From Mobula hypostoma (lineage: Eukaryota): a stretch of DNA of 64,000 bases. Each line of letters begins with the position of its first letter. Position 1 is the first letter of the stretch. Position numbers and translations under genes: made by a program. The notes under the pieces were generated by a model that did no database searches, had not been told where the DNA came from, and saw nothing but the letters and a program-made list of their open reading frames with translations. Below are positions 11,233-23,970 of the stretch, in pieces. Where the stretch lies: NCBI RefSeq assembly GCF_963921235.1, contig NC_086097.1, positions 190,590,001-190,654,000 of the forward strand. The letters run 5' to 3'.

Positions 11233-12895
11233 ACTTATAATATAATACATTTGTCAGTATTTAAATATTCACTGCTTTAGGTTTTCAGTACCATTAAAAT
11301 AGGTTGATGTGGAATTATTCTAATGGTCGGAAACAAAATTAAAAGAACAGGGTTTTGAAAGTATTTTGTATTCTGTTTGTTCTATTCCTTTCCCATTATT
11401 TGATTTAGCATGGATGCAATGCCATGAATCCCAGCTGACTTGAAGATTACCAGTCTATTTGCAGGCCACTGATTGATTGCAGCAGTTGTGCTAAACCAAC
11501 TCAGGGCAGGACTTCTTTGTTTTCTATGGGGAACAAAATACCTTGACTTGTAGTTATTGTGTCAGTCTCCTGAGCAGAATGCCGTGTCATACCCTTTGTG
11601 GAGATGAACCTTGTCTTTTCTTATTTGTGGTCCTGTTTACTGATTACTTGTGCGTAGATTATCTATTTAGCAGTACCACAGGGCATTATTAAAATTAACA
11701 ATTTGGAACCCATTGATTAAATAGCTGCTTAACTACTTTGACATGGTGTAATGCAACTAAAGTAAGTATATTATCAACAAATACAGAATGCTCCTAGGCA
11801 CCTGGCACGTGGAGGGAATGGAGAGTGCCAGTTACATGAAAACTGATCAAAAAAATACTGTACATCACACATTAGTGTTGTATGCAGAAACCTTTAAATA
11901 AATTGCCATGCTATATTTTATCTCTCTTGTCGTTTTAAATATTATTTACACTGCAATTTCATATTTCATTAGTTTATCGTTGTCACATGTACTAAGATAC
12001 AGTGGAAAGCTTGTCTGACATACAGTTTATACGGATCAAGTCATTTCACAGTGTCTTGAGCCAAAATAAAACAATAACAATACAAAATAAAATGTAAAAG
12101 CTACCAAAAAAGTGCAGTGCAAGTAAACAATTCCTGATCTTGCAGGATCATAACAAGATCAGGAATCCATCACACAACAAAAACAAATCCAAAGAATGCC
12201 TGTATTTGCCATCATTTAGCGTGCCATATCTTCAAAGTTAAAGGTGAAGATCTAGCTTAAACTTGTGCCTGAAGAACAAAAGGTGGATAGAAAGAACACA
12301 GGGAAAGCAGCAACTTACACACAGGCAAAATATGAACAGGTTCTCCAGTAAAAAACATTGACAACAATCACCCGACAAAAATAAACTCATTAAGGAAAGA
12401 GGCAGTCTGCTCCTGCTGAAAGAGTCACTTTGAACATTTTCTCAGCTACGACTCTGTGTTTGACCCCATTCTCATCTATCCAGCCCAATCTTGTCATTAC
12501 TCCTAATTAACAGGAAATTAAAGAATGCAGGTCAACTAAAGAATAAACTACAAGACCTAGTGTGCAGATAGTATCCTTGTTGAAGATCTAAAGCTTGGGG
12601 AAGAACTTAAGTCACATATCCACAATCTCGCTACCTATATCTGGAAAAGGGAAGGCAGGTCAGACAAACACAGTGGAGCATTAAAAGCTTATGAAAGGAG
12701 ACAAATCCAGTGCGGTATTCAATGTGGTGTCCAAGATGTCTGTCACAGGGCAAGTTACTGTCAGAGTCCTTCTCAACTAGCACTTCTTAGTGGCTAACAA
12801 ACTGCTTCTGAATCACAATGGTGAATCCTATCCATCTGGAGATCTTCACAGCACAACTTCAAAAGAACTGCATAAAGAAGCACCAATTAACTGGA

Positions 12896-14402
12896 CCACA
12901 CAGATTTTGCTTCCTGAATACTTTTGGGTGTATCTTATGTTGTTTGGGTAGCTAAATCACTATGAAATTTCCCTATCAAGCACTATTTTTTGAAATCACC
13001 AATATTTGTTATTTCAATTCATAACTCAAGTCAATTAAAATGTTGCCCACAATGTAAGCTGAACAGTTTCTATCTTGACCAGGCATGCCTGGGCACACAT
13101 AGGCAGGGCAGATGCTGCATGGCAAGACAGGTTTTAGAAAGGCTATAAAAGCATCATGCACACAGTGTCCTATGCATTGCATCTACATGTATGTTGGTTT
13201 GCAATCACATTGATGTGCATTGGTTTGCAATCACATTGATGTGCATGCTCTATGCATTTAGCATATTGTGTATACTCATAAGTAACTATACTTTCATTAG
13301 TATTAGTGATAGCAAAATTTCTCACCAATGTTGTGACAGCCATGATAACTATCTGTTATATTTGTGGTGAGTGTACGCGTAAATCTCAAAGACAGAGCAT
13401 GACTCCTCTTATGAGCTCTACTTTGGGTGTAAAATTGGTGACTAAGATAAAACCTGGGCTCTTCACATTTGTTGCACAACATGCACTGTTGATCTTAGAG
13501 CTTGACTCAAGGCAATCTGAAGTCAATGCCAATCTCCCTTCAGGATCTGCACTGCATTGTGATAGTCTTCCAGTACTGAACCCACCAGAGACATGAAATC
13601 CAGAGGAGGCTTGTGCCATGATGCCTGAGCCAGGAATGGAAAAAGTCACTAATTTTGATACAGATTTTGAACTCTTTATGTTGAGTGAGCCTGATCCGAT
13701 AGCTCAATCTGAGTTACTGTAAATGACGTAGTCAAAGACTTTGGTTTGTCAAAGGCAAAAACAGAATTACTGGTTCAAGACTGCAAGGGTGGAATCTGCT
13801 ATCACCAGGCACAAAAATGTCGGTGAAGGATTTCAATATCTGAGACAGATGATTCCCAGAATAACTAATAGATTAAGGAAGACATTTTTCTTGGTCCACA
13901 AATCAAACAGGTCATCAATGACACAGGCCATTCAAAGAACTTCCAGTGGGACCAGAGAAAATTGCATAAAGGCAATCAAGCATATTGTTGATTTTTTTTT
14001 GGCAATTACAGAGCACGAAACTATGTGCATACAGTTGACAACATGCTTTAAGCATACAAGACCATGAAGTGCAGCATGTCACTAAAGATTCATTTTCTGT
14101 ATTCCCATTTAGACGTCTTCCTCCCAAATCTTGGCAGTGTCAGTGATGAGCATGTTGAAAATTTCACCAGAACATTGCGGTTGTGGAGAAACAGTATTTG
14201 GGCAACTGGAATCCATCAATGCTGGCTGATTATTGTTGGATATTTAAGTGAGAAGCACCAGACACTGATTGCAAATGGAAATCCTCAAGAAAATATTTTT
14301 AGTTTAGTTGAACTATTGCAAAGTGTCAAGACCATTATGCAATTAAATGCATCATATTCAATAAAAATTAATTTCCTGTTTCTCCAAATTCCCATGTGAT
14401 AC
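12896..14402 (+). mobile_element. Decayed DNA transposon, probably Chapaev3 (CMC superfamily)
   Basis: Frameshifted transposase with CYICGE..KSQRQSMTPL, (G)CKIGD*DKTWALHICC and MSLKIHFLYSHLDVF..NLGSVSDEH motifs. Family named from motif recall. Confidence 0.65.
13194..13245. repeat. 26-bp perfect tandem duplication
   Basis: TTGGTTTGCAATCACATTGATGTGCA x2. Confidence 0.95.
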
Positions 14403-14727
14403 ATTTTACTGTTGGTACTAATTCATCTCCATCTTCTGTTTGCTTCATGATGCCATGATCATAACCAATACATCTCCAAAGGAACCAGCATCACTGACCT
14501 GAATCATCTTTCAATATCACCCAGTGTAGTTACTCACCTCACATAAAACAAGTTTCACAATGGGGCGAAACTAACTGCAAGACCAATGTGAAAACTGTTT
14601 GAATTATGTTACCTCCACTCCAGACTCAACATCATCCCAAACTCAACAGCCAAATTTCAAGACACTCATGGACATACATGTCTGGGGATCCAGCACCATG
14701 CCATTTCGATTCAAGTGATCATTAAGT

Positions 14728-15490
14728 TATACAGCACTGAAATAGGCACTTCAGCCCAACTTGTCCACACTGACCAAGAAACCCATGTATGCTAATCCCA
14801 TTAGCTTGCATTTCACCCATATCCATACATGTCAAAATGTCTTTTAAACATTGTAAATACACTCACCTCTACTATCTCCTCTGGCAGCAAATTCCATATA
14901 CCCACTATTCTGTTGGAGAAAAATAACCTGCCCCCAGATCCCATTTAAACTCTTACCCTCCTAGTGTAAACCCGTGTTTTCTAATTATAGAGCCTTCTAA
15001 TTTGGGCAAAAGATTGTGACTATATATGCTCCTTATAGTTTTCTAATTCTCTAAAACTTCACTCCTTACCATCCTTCGCATCAGGAAAAACCTCTTTCAT
15101 CTCAGCCTCTTTCGTCTCTCCCTTTAACTCAAGCCTCTAATCCAGACATTATTTCAGTAATTCTTTTCTATATACTTTAATATAATTCCATCCTTCCAAT
15201 AGCATAACAACCAGATCTGCATGCAATATTCAAAAGTGCAGCCGAACTGAAACTGTAATATGACATCTAAAAATACATTCAGTATCTCATTCAATAAAGG
15301 CAGGCATACACCTTCTTCACCATCCTGTCTACCCATGTGCCACTTTCAGTGAAGTCTGTACTTATGTCCCAAGGTTTCTCTGTTCAATACCACTCTACAG
15401 GACCTGTCATTCACTGTGTATATGCTGCCCTGGTTTAACTTGCCAAGTCAAACTTGTCTAATTTACATTCTAACTGTCATTCCCAGGCCC
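14728..15490 (-). mobile_element. Old CR1 3' part
   Basis: Colinear with 3760-4546 of the young CR1 (3' stem-loop; FEYCMQIW in ORF 15154-15336). Confidence 0.75.
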
Positions 15491-16049
15491 ATAGAATTAT
15501 AGAACACTACAACACAGATACAGGTCTTTCAGCTCATTTCGTCGATTTTGAACTATTAAACTGCCTCATTCCATTTATCTGAACCTTGGCCACAGCCCTC
15601 AATACCCTTCCAATCCAGGTAGCCATGCAAATTTCTCTTAAGTGTTGAAATCTAACCCGCACCTACCACTTCCACTGGCAGCTCATTGCACACCCTCACC
15701 ATACTCAGAGAAGATCCCCCTCATGTTCCCCTTAATCATTTCACCTTCCATCCTTAAACCATGAGCTCTAGTTACAGTCACACCCAACTCCAGTGGAAAA
15801 AGTCTGCTTGCATTCACTCTACGTATAGCCTCATAATTTTGTATACCTCTATCAAATCTCCCCTCATTCTCCTACACTCTAGGGAATAAAGTCCCAATCT
15901 ATTTAACATTTCCCAGTAACTCAGGTCTTCAAATCCTGGCAACATTCTTGTAAATTTTCTCTGCACTTTTTCCAATCTCATTGACATCATTCCTGTAGGT
16001 AGGTGACCAGAATTGCACACAATACTCCAAATTAGGACTCAACAATGTT
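15491..16049 (-). mobile_element. CR1 3' end (left member of a head-to-head pair)
   Basis: PNLEYCVQFWSP and LEKVQRKFTRMLPG...RMRGDLIEVYKIMR; (TTCTAT) tail at 15491-15504. Confidence 0.88.
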
Positions 16050-16052
16050 ACA

Positions 16053-17039
16053 CCGATAGCAGTATGCCACAAGGATAAGGGCTGGGTCCTTTGCTGTTTG
16101 TCATCTATATTAATGCTCTGGATGATAATGTGGTTAACTCTATCAGTAAATTTGCGGATAACAACAAGATGGGTGTGTAATGGCCAGTAAGGAAGGTAAT
16201 CATGCTTTGCAGAGAGATCTGCACCAGCTGCAAAAAATGGGCTGAAAAATGGCGGATGGAATTTAATGCAGACAAGTCTAAGATTTTGCACTTTGGTAGG
16301 ACCAACTAGGGTAGGTCTTACATAGTGAACGGTAAGGCACTGAGGAGTGCAATAGAACAAAGGAATCTGGGAATGCAGACACATAATTCGTTGAAGTTAA
16401 TGTCACAGGCAGATAGGGTCATATAGAAAACTTTTGGCACATTGGCCCTCAATGTATGAGAAAGGGATGTTACGTTGAAGTTGTACAAGATGTTGGTGAG
16501 GCCCAATTTGGAGTATTGTGTGCAGTTTTGGTCACTCACCTAGAGGAAAGATGTTAACAAGGTTGAAAAAGTGCAGAGAAAATTTACAAGGGTGTTACCA
16601 GATCTGGAGCACCTGATTTATAAGGAAAGACCGTAATCTTTACAACCGTAATCTTTAGAATGTAGAAGATTGAGAGGAGATTTGATAGAGGTATACAACA
16701 TTATGAGGCGTATAGATAAGGTAAATGCAAAGAGGCTTTTTCCACTGAGGTTGGGTGGGACTACAACAAGGTTATCGGCTAAGGGTGAAAGGAGAGGAGT
16801 TTAAGCGGAACTTCTTTATTCAGAGGGTCATGAGAGTGTGCAATGAACTGCCAGTACAAGTGGTGCATACAAGCTTGATTTCAACATTTAAGAGAAGTTT
16901 AGATAGGTACCTGGATAGTAGAGGTATGGAGGACAATGGTTCTAGTGCAGATTGATGGGAGTGGGTTGTTTAAATAGTTTTGTCGCAGACTAGATGGGCC
17001 AAAGAGTCTTTTTCTGTGCTGTACTTCTCGATGACTCTA
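16053..17039 (+). mobile_element. CR1 3' ~1 kb (right member of a head-to-head pair)
   Basis: PQG*GLGPLLF, KFADN, WRMEFNADK, RPNLEYCVQFWS, then the 3' stem-loop and tail. Confidence 0.88.
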
Positions 17040-17460
17040 ACCTTGGAGGTCCTGTCCTTTAACCTAGCACCTAACTCCTTGAACCCACTTTGCAGGACCT
17101 CATCACACTTCCTACCGTGACATTGGTACTGACATGGACAATGACCTGCGGTTGCTTACCCTCCCACTAAAAAATATTGTAGACTTGATCAGAGATGACC
17201 CTAACCCAAGCATTCGGGAGGAAGCATATAATCCGTGAATTTCATTCTCATCCACAGATCCTCCTGTCTGTTCCCCTAACCAATGAATCCCCTATCACTA
17301 CAACTCACCTCTTCTCCCCCTCTCTTCCCTCCTGAGCGACAGAGCCAGACTCAGTGCCAGAGTCCTGACCACTGTGGCTTTCCTCTTCTAGGTCCTCCAT
17401 CCCAACAGTAACTCAAACTGTTATTGAGAGAATAGCCAAAGTTGTACTCTGTACTGGCAT
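17040..17460 (-). mobile_element. CR1 ORF1 (esterase region) fragment
   Basis: CCTTGGAGGTCCTGTCCTTTAACC...CAGGACCTCATCAC..TTCCTACC is homologous to 6957-7048. Confidence 0.7.
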
Positions 17461-18691
17461 ACTTCCCCAGTTGATCTGGATCAGTTGTAACCTCATAACC
17501 GTCTTCACTATCAACTACACTCCTTTTTTGGTGTCATTGGTGACCTTACTAATTATGTCATATATATTCTCTTCCAAATCATTAATATCATTGTCAAATC
17601 AATTATTGAAGCATAAGGCAGGATTAATTCTTCTGCTAAATGAAAACCAGTATGAGGTCCGTGAAGAGATGCTGAAAATTGTAAACCAACTCTTACAACT
17701 TAGTATCCAAGCCCTAAGTGAAGACATTCATCACTACCGTCAGTATTTCAGTACAGCTTTAACCAACAGAGAAAAAGATGTCTTTAAAAGAAAAGACCCA
17801 TAGACTAGCACTAAAATCATGGTCAATCAAGAATCTTTCATTGCCTGTGAAGATGGTAATCAGGAGATATGTTGGGACCTTGATCAGCTGAGTAAGTGTG
17901 TTAAGGATTGGAAAATGGAGTTTAATTCACACAACAAACATAGGAATTTTAGGTCCATCACTGCTCAAAATAGAGAACCAGCTAATAGAATAGCACAGTG
18001 TACTTCAAGTTCACGTGACAGGACAATGTCAAAGTACAGCATAAACCACAGAAGGTGTACATTACCTCACTAACTACCTTCTTGCCAGTCTGGTTCCATC
18101 TGCGGTAGAGTTAGCAGGTGCTACATTGGCCGTATCAGTAACCTCAGAACCCAGAAACCACAGGTGTAGAGTGAAAATTAGTCATCCACAATCATAGGGG
18201 ACTGTCTGAGATGACAAAAGAACTGCCCATATCTATAATACTAAGTAATGAAGCTAAATTTGTAACAAAAGCAAATGCTTCATTTTGAAGCCTGAACAGA
18301 AATGTTGCTTCTAGCATCATTGCCAAAGTTCCTCATTAAAATCATTCATCTGTTCTTACAATCAGTTCATGCATTACTTCAATGAGGATATCATAGTATG
18401 ATTTCTTCAGCATTAGCCTCTTACTGAAACTCTTACATCAGCCTCTGCCATGCCTCATCTCATAAGCTGCTAAAACCTAAATCACATCTTTGCTGCATCT
18501 GGACAATACCACTTTTATTCTATTATCGATAGACAAGGCTTTACCACACCCTGTCCTAACTCAAAACTGCATTGTCCATAGACAAGTCTTTCCCACACCT
18601 GTCCTAACACAGATTCTATTCCCTCATTGCTCCTTCTTTTTGCTAACCTGTAATAGCTTCTAGTTGGGCAATACCTTAACCTTTTAATTGA

Positions 18692-18763
18692 TCCTGCTGC
18701 GTTCACCAGCAATTTTAATGTGTGTTGCTTGAAATTCCAGCATCTGCAGATTTCCTCGTGTTT
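18692..18763 (+). repeat. Penelope-like pLTR 3' fragment
   Basis: CCTGCTGCGTTCACCAGC...TTCCAGCATCTGCAGATTTCCTCGTGTTT, same family as 9786-9981. Confidence 0.8.
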
Positions 18764-19900
18764 ACCATATTTTCGATGCCTTGACCCCATGGTTTTGTCT
18801 TGCCCTACAGTCCAAGACATCTGTTAGTTTCATTTTTTTTTCTCTTGGTAATCCTTGACTTAATTCCTCTACTATTGCTGGCCATATTTTCAGTGGACAA
18901 GGGCCTACCTACATTCTGGTGCAGGGGTTCCCTAGGTTGTCAAAGACTCCACTTACAACTTTATGCAAATTCTTCCCATGCGTTTTTCAAGCTAGTAATA
19001 ATGTAACAGCAATGTTTCATAATATAGACCGGCTACCAGTTCTGTTTCACCAGTGCATTAGTTGATTTTGTCCACAAGTTGGAAAATATACAAAAATGAC
19101 TCAATACTATAACATGCCTCCATAGTTTTGTACAGAATTATATTGGCGAGGACAAATTGACATGAACTTTATTGCCTTCCACTGCCCAGTTACAATAGTA
19201 CTGAATCAGGATAACCTACACACAATGGCTGGTTTCAATGAACCTGAAGTATCAGTGGATGTAGTATATATTGTGCACAGATATCAATAGAAGCAATCAC
19301 ATGTCAATTTCCAAAGCAACTCTCCTGAAGTGAAACTGTCAGACTGGATTCTTTAGGGACAACGGTATCTGATTACTGTGGGGAGGGTAAAGAAAACAGG
19401 CTTTTTCCCTCCAAGACAGATTCTTGTTTAAATTTAATAATATTAGAAGTCTCACACCCAGTAAACAGTCCATGTTTTGATTTTTAGAAATGCAGTGATG
19501 CATCATCTGCACGTCACAAAACACATGTTGAAAAAATTTACTGTTTTTTCTTCCCCCACATAAATTCTGAAAGAGTGACTTTTATTCAGAATCTTAATTC
19601 TTTTGGTTGTGATTTATGAATTCTGTACGAATGAATTTCTGTTCCCATATGGGTGCAACACGGAAGTTGTCTGTATATTCCATTACTTTCATATGGGTAG
19701 TGATATGGTGATTATTTAATGAAATGAGAGAACTATAACAAGTGTTTGTAGAATTATATAACATGGGTTTCTATAGAAAAAGGATAATTTTGACTTATGG
19801 AGAAATCATGTTTTGACAGTTCTCAGGAATGGAACCCTTACATAACCTGGTGACAACATATATTCTGCCCTAAAACCTGTCCTTTTAGGACTTGATTTTT

Positions 19901-20160
19901 GCAAAACAAAATGTTGGAGGAACTTAGCAGGCCAGGCAGCATCTTTGCAAAGTCGATGTTTGAGCAGCAGAATTTGCATTTTCATTCATTTTGCTTTATG
20001 AGTGCCCCAAAGTAGCTTCTAAGCTGCCTATATAAAAGCATAACCAATCTCTTTGTTTTGACAAATGGTGATTAGTGGTGCTGATGATCCCTGACCCAAA
20101 ACTCTTCCCTTCGACGCTGCCTGACCTGCTGAGTGCTTCCAGCATCTGCAGATTCTCACG
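19901..20160. repeat. Two inverted Penelope-like pLTR fragments
   Basis: Minus copy at ~19901-19960 and plus copy at ~20080-20160 (GCTGCCTGACCTGCTGAGT..TCCAGCATCTGCAG). Confidence 0.65.
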
Positions 20161-22552
20161 TCCCAGAAGCTACAATACAAGTCATTCCTGGGTAATGAAT
20201 ACCCAGCTTATGGAAACTTGTACATACGAACATGCTCCCATACAGGCAGTTGCAAGAGCATTTCTAACCTGAACTATCCACATGTCAAAACTGAACAATG
20301 TGTGCCAGAGGATCACAGTGACAGCCGTGATGGGAGTGAAAGCAGAGGGGCAGGAAGAGCAGCCACAGGCTTCCACAGTGACTCAATAAGTGAGCGAGTG
20401 ACTGTGCTCAGCATTCCCAGCTCTGCTCGACTAAACCCAGCCTCATATAGTCTATATTGTCTATTTTCAGATTTATGAACAAAATCAACTCTTAAACGCT
20501 TACAAATCGAATTGACTTTATTTCTTACATCCTTCATATACATGAGGAGTAAAAAGACAGAAGTCATTCATTACCTAGGGATGGTCTGTATTTTCTTGTA
20601 TGCAAGAAGGTGAAATCACAGGCTCTGGTACAAAGCACAAAGGTACAGACATGTATTGATTAATGTCACCTGGTACAGAACAACAGTGCCATGCAAAAGC
20701 TGTATGGAAGGATCAGTACACCCAAGTGTTAACCAGCAGTGTTTGCCACACCACTGGCTATAAAACTACCACCATCTCTCAGATAGAGAGAAGTATTCTC
20801 ACATACAAATCCTTGCTGCACTGAACTAATACAGTTCTCATACAGGCACTGAAGTGGGGCAAAGTATCAAGGGAGCTTCTGTCTTTTGACTCTTCTCACT
20901 GCAGCAGTCAATCTAAAGATGCTTATACCTTACTGTTCATTTGCTTCCTCTACAACCACAATGGCATCTCAATCTGTATTACCAAAAACCTGCTAAATGT
21001 TTAAGAACAAAATACGAGCTCCTGCTCTGCAATTTGTCAAAGTGAACTCTAATAGCCAGCACATTTAAGCAGTAAATATAGTCTCCCTTTTGTTCTTGCT
21101 TCCTGTGTATGCACCTATTTTAAAACTACAAAAAACGCCAAACTAAAATAAGCTAAGTGGCATTTGCAGGAATTTCACGAAAAAGGGCCAGCTCCAGTTT
21201 CAGATGAGTTTGGTGGAGAGTTAAAGGTCTGCCTCCAGATGCCCTGACTGCACATTAAGAAATAGGCAAGTAAAGTGGACATTCAATTTTCTGGGTTTGA
21301 TCAAGGCAAGAGAGGTAGCCATGCAGCAATTCAATAAGATGAGTTCCTAACCAAAACTTTTGCTTTGAAATTCAATTCTTTGGAAGTTCCAAACCCCATT
21401 TCAGATCCCTTCATCCACTTTTCTTCACAACTTTCTCTTCACATAATTATCAATACTCCAATTACTTTGAAACAACACACACTTCCCATATTGTCAGCTG
21501 AATACAAGTTGGACAGAGAGAAACATTTAAAATTTCAGGTTGAAGGGTTTTCAAGGTAAAGCCTTAACACTATTTCTCTTTCTACAGATACTTCTTAATT
21601 TGCCGAGGATGCCCATCATGTTCTGATTGAGACTTGAGACTTCCAGCATTTCCATTTCTGTTGGCTTCATTACCTGCTGTCTCAGTGTGGTGTATTTGGA
21701 AAAGTGCAAGTTTGACAAATTTCCATTTGGAAACTACATCAAAAGACCAAGTGCAAACAGATGCTATATAATATTGATATGAAGAGATCGAGTTTACTCC
21801 TCCACCCCTGGGTGCTGCCATTTGAGATGAAACACAAACATAAACAAGTTTGATCCACATGAAAAATCAGTTTCACAATTCCACACTTGTGCAACATTTC
21901 CAAGCTCTGTTTGCAACAGCTGGTCAGAATTAAAGTTTATCCAGAAAATTTTCTGTTGGTAAATACATTTCAGCAATGTTAAATACACAAGTGAAAATTC
22001 AAAAAAAAAGATCAGTTTTAGTGTAGAATCCTTTACAAAAAGCCACTTAAAATAGAAACGCTTCATGCCTTAAAATCAATATTGCTGCTTCTGAAAAAGC
22101 ATTGTCAACTGAAATGTGAAACACTGATCTTCATAAATATATTTTCAGATAAGAATTTGCTACATTTATATAGATTCATACAGTGGCTTGAAAAAATATA
22201 CAGCCCCCACAACTATTTTCACATTTCACAGTCTCATTTTCTAAATTTAAGATATATTGAAGTAGAATTTTTGAGGTAATCTACAAAACATTAAGCATCA
22301 TGTCAAATTGAAAGAAAATTTTCAAAACCTGTCAACAAGTTAATGAAAAAAGAAAATAGGGAGGCTGAAAAAGTATTCATCCCCTTTGTAATTACTATGT
22401 CAACTTTCCTCGGGTGCAACACTGTATATTACCTAACCAACTCACCCAATTTATTGATGTAGAAAATTGCAGTATCAACTTTTTTCATGAATTCATAAGA
22501 ATTTCTCTGTAAGGTCCAGCATTATGGGTGATTTTCAACAGACCAAATCAAA

Positions 22553-23970
22553 ATGAAAACAAAAGAGCATTCAAGACAAGTCAGAGAAATGATAATAGAG
22601 AAACTCTGGGTACAACATCATCTCAAAGGCACTGAACGTACCTCTGAGCTCAGTGCAGTCCATCATGAAAAAGTAGAAAAAACATGAAACAAGAGCCACA
22701 CTGACTAGGTCAGGTTACTACCCTAAACTTAGTCACCGGATTAGAATGAGCGGTATGATACAGTGTTTGGACAATTTAAACGCCAGTCCAGATGGACTGG
22801 AAAGGCAGGGTGTCAGGACCAGAGGCGAGGGTCAGGCAAATTTTGTTTGCTCTCCCACGATGTTCACGCCTGTCTCCGTGGCACTTGGGCCGTGAGACTG
22901 CTTTGACTCCTGGGCTTCGCGTCTGTGTGCTTCGGGATGATCTGCCCTGCTAATCTGAAGAACTGAGACCAAAGCTTTGGGCCTATTCTGGGATTCAGGG
23001 CTATGGACTCAATGTGGTTCAAAATGCTGTTGCTTGCTTATATTGTTTGAGTGATTTGTGTTTTTACTCTTTCTGCGCTTTGGGTGTTGCTCTTCCTTTT
23101 TTTTTATTTGGGTTGTTCTGGGTTTCTTGCTTTGTGGCTACCTGTAAGCAGACATATCTCAAGGTTATATAATTTTACATACTTTGATAATAAATGTACT
23201 TTAAATCCTTTTTTCAAGACAGGCTATTGTGACACCAACAGTCTCTCCGAGTAAGCTGCAGAAGTCAACTGAAGATGAAATTTATGGCTCCACAATCTCT
23301 AAGGTCTTGCACAAAAAGGATATTTAAAGAAGAGTGGCCAGGAAGAAACCCTGGCTAAAAAGATAACACATCCTTGCCTGTAAACGCTTTGAAAAGCACC
23401 ACTTAGAAGATACTGTAAAGATGTGGGAAGAAGGTCCTGTGGTTGGATAAGACTAAGGTAGAACTTTTTGACCTCAACATTAAGCGGTATGTGTGGTGTA
23501 AATCTAATACTGCGCATCAGCATCCCTTCTGTAAAGTATGGTGGAGGTAGCAGCATGGTATGGGGGTGCTTTTCAGGAGCAGGGGCTGGAAACCTGGTCA
23601 GGATTGATGGGAATTGGAATGCTGTTAAATACAAAGAGCTCTGCCAGAAAGCTTAAACTGGGGAGGAAATTCATCTTTCAGCAGGACAAAGACTAAAAGC
23701 CAGAGCAACCATGGAGTGCCTTCAAGTGAAGAAAATTCATGATCTTGAGTAGGCCAGTCAGAGTCTCTTCCTTAACCCGATCGAACAACTCTGGCAATAG
23801 CTCAAGATTATGTCCACTACTACTCCTCAACTAACCTGGCACAGCTTGAGCAATTTTGTTAGGAGGAATGGGCAAATCTTTCTTCATCGTGTTGTGCAAA
23901 GCTAATAGAGATTTATCTAAAAAGACTACTGGCTGTAGTAGCTGTGAGAGGTAGTTCAATTAAGTACTGA
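22553..23970 (+). pseudogene. Tc1 transposase pseudogene, interrupted at ~22749-23215
   Basis: MKTKEHSRQVREMII start; WLDKTKVELF, PSVKYGGGSSMVWGCFSGAGAGNLVRIDG, FQQD, LNPIEQLW; ends in KY*. Stops and frameshifts throughout. Confidence 0.9.
22749..23215 (+). mobile_element. Non-coding retroposon with a Rex1-type 3' end, nested in the Tc1
   Basis: Ends ATCTCAAGGTTATATA..TACTTTGATAATAAATGTACTTTAAATC, a terminus shared with 26200-26695, 57138-58056 and the Rex1 copy at 3090. Confidence 0.65.

Noticed and set aside
12130..12166. 13-bp perfect hairpin ATTCCTGATCTTG / CAAGATCAGGAAT as miRNA or terminator
   Set aside because: Too short for a pre-miRNA and adjacent to a decayed LINE 3' UTR; probably a local template switch.
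16631..16657. Small tandem duplications (also 36525-36565 and 50203-50222)
   Set aside because: Two-unit slippage events with no further structure.
17471..17803. 110-aa hydrophobic ORF
   Set aside because: Non-ATG start, overlaps decayed CR1 antisense sequence, no domain.
21582..21860. 92-aa minus ORF as a host exon
   Set aside because: No recognisable homology and no convincing flanking splice pair.
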